The translations under genes were made by a program, and so were the position numbers. From contig CAVZJV010000011.1 of assembly GCA_963775685.1 (NCBI GenBank), positions 27,546 to 91,545 of the forward strand: DNA of 64,000 nucleotides, written 5' to 3'. Position 1 is the stretch's first letter; each line of letters starts with the position of its first letter. The notes below the pieces were generated by a model, which was given only the letters and a program-made list of their open reading frames with translations, ran no database searches and was not told the DNA's origin. The stretch comes from Candidatus Bathyarchaeota archaeon (GTDB lineage: Archaea; Thermoproteota; Bathyarchaeia; Bathyarchaeales; Bathycorpusculaceae). Below are positions 62,942 through 64,000 of the stretch, piece by piece.

Positions 62942-63079
62942 TTGAGCGAAGATAGTCAGCCTCGCTGCGTGAACTGCGGAAACTTTATCGACGACTGCAA
63001 CTGCGTTTGCCCATACTGCGGCGAAACCGCAAAATGCACCTGCTGCATCGGATATGATAAAGCAACTGGCGGCGGATAA
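62942..63079 (+). CDS. 45-aa Cys-rich peptide ending in GGG (below the ORF track cutoff)
   Basis: TTG...TAA gives MSEDSQPRCVNCGNFIDDCNCVCPYCGETAKCTCCIGYDKATGGG; GAGG upstream; 35 bp before next gene. Confidence 0.7.
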   Translation: MSEDSQPRCVNCGNFIDDCNCVCPYCGETAKCTCCIGYDKATGGG

Positions 63080-63114
63080 CTCCGCAAACAAAAAAATTTT
63101 CAGTGTGAAGCAGA

Positions 63115-64000
63115 ATGGTAGTTGAAAGTATAAATTGGATGGCAGGCGGACCACAGGGAAGCGGCGTTGATTCAGCGTCCAATATCTTCGGGCGAGCCTG
63201 CGGTTACGGAGGATTGTACGTTTTTGGCAGACGTGAATACCACTCAAACATCAAAACTATGCACAGCTATTTCTTACAGCGCATATCCAAAGAGCCTACG
63301 TTAGCCAACATTGCCGATGTGAATTTGCTTGCGGCTTTTGACGCGGAAACCATAGTGCGGCATATCGATGAGGTCGTGAGCGGCGGCGGCATAATCGTTG
63401 ATTCCCGCGACCTAGGCATTAATGTTCTAAAAGACATCGCTACTTTCAGTGAAGATTACAAAAACCACATCCAAGCCTTCATGAAGGAAAACGGTATCGG
63501 CGAAACCATCAACGACTTCCTTTCCTACGCCAAACAGAAAGGCATTCAGGTTTTCGCTGTTCCATACATGGACTTGCTTAAACAAATCGGCGAAAAACTC
63601 CAAATAGAAAAAATTAGCCAACTTACAAAAATGATAAATGTCCTCACAATCGGCGTATCCTTCGCTTTGTTAAAGTATGACCGAAAACTCGTTGAAAACG
63701 CAATCAAAGCTACTTTCCACGAAAAAATCGCCGACATGAATGTTGCAGCCGTGGATGCAGCTTTTGGCTATGCGGAACAGAACTTTAACGTAAACAATTT
63801 CAAGCATAAACTCGAAAAAGTGGAAATTAAGGAACCAAGGATTTTCCTGACGGGAAACCAAGCTGTCGCGATGGGCAAGGTTCTGGGCGGATGTAGAGTC
63901 CAAACGTACTACCCAATCACCCCCGCTGCTGACGAGAGCGAATATTTAGAAGCCCACGAAATCCTGAAAACCAAAAACGGCAGCCAAGAAGCCATAATCG
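63115..64000 (+). CDS. korA: 2-oxoacid:ferredoxin oxidoreductase alpha subunit (gamma-alpha fused, partial)
   Basis: WMAGGPQGSGVDSA, REYHSNIK, TGNQAVAMG, YYPITPAADES. Confidence 0.9.
   Translation, partial: MVVESINWMAGGPQGSGVDSASNIFGRACGYGGLYVFGRREYHSNIKTMHSYFLQRISKEPTLANIADVNLLAAFDAETIVRHIDEVVSGGGIIVDSRDLGINVLKDIATFSEDYKNHIQAFMKENGIGETINDFLSYAKQKGIQVFAVPYMDLLKQIGEKLQIEKISQLTKMINVLTIGVSFALLKYDRKLVENAIKATFHEKIADMNVAAVDAAFGYAEQNFNVNNFKHKLEKVEIKEPRIFLTGNQAVAMGKVLGGCRVQTYYPITPAADESEYLEAHEILKTKNGSQEAII

Noticed and set aside
62918-63903. Minus-strand ORFs at the window end
   Set aside because: Antisense to the Cys-rich peptide and to the oxidoreductase alpha gene, which the track missed because it is unterminated

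Overview
Archaeal chromosomal window, most likely class Bathyarchaeia. This is inferred from gene content: archaeal AsnA, RbkR, RibL, Dph5, geranylgeranyl reductase, GGTGA/GGAGGTGA ribosome-binding sites, and NosD-like secreted proteins with PT-rich linkers. Housekeeping blocks are mre11-rad50, rps10, GGR, asnC/asnA-pckG, htpX, rbkR/ribL/dph5, cobD-cbiB, thiolase-DUF35, tupABC-modE, rpo5, hcp, two amt genes, tRNA-Ser(GCU) and a 2-oxoacid:ferredoxin oxidoreductase alpha subunit. They alternate with decaying accessory patches (about 6-10.3 kb, 25.5 kb, 44-47 kb and 55.9-62.9 kb). The best leads are: (1) a 183-aa RNA polymerase subunit Rpo5 with an N-terminal domain that looks like the eukaryotic Rpb5 jaw domain, lying outside the rpoH-B-A operon; (2) a perfect 29-bp (CAA)-rich intergenic element present twice, inverted and 31 kb apart; (3) a ModE-TOBE gene with an internal SD and start that would also make a free Mop/molbindin, plus a ModE-like box over the tupA TATA; (4) an unannotated 45-aa, 9-Cys peptide ending in GGG just upstream of the oxidoreductase; (5) a tRNA-Ser integration site with an att copy and an integrase remnant; (6) a single-chain double bacterioferritin-like protein, a FAS1-C2H2 fusion, an AN1-M50 fusion and an Hhe-like helicase-nuclease. 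All family calls come from motif recognition by eye; no searches were run.
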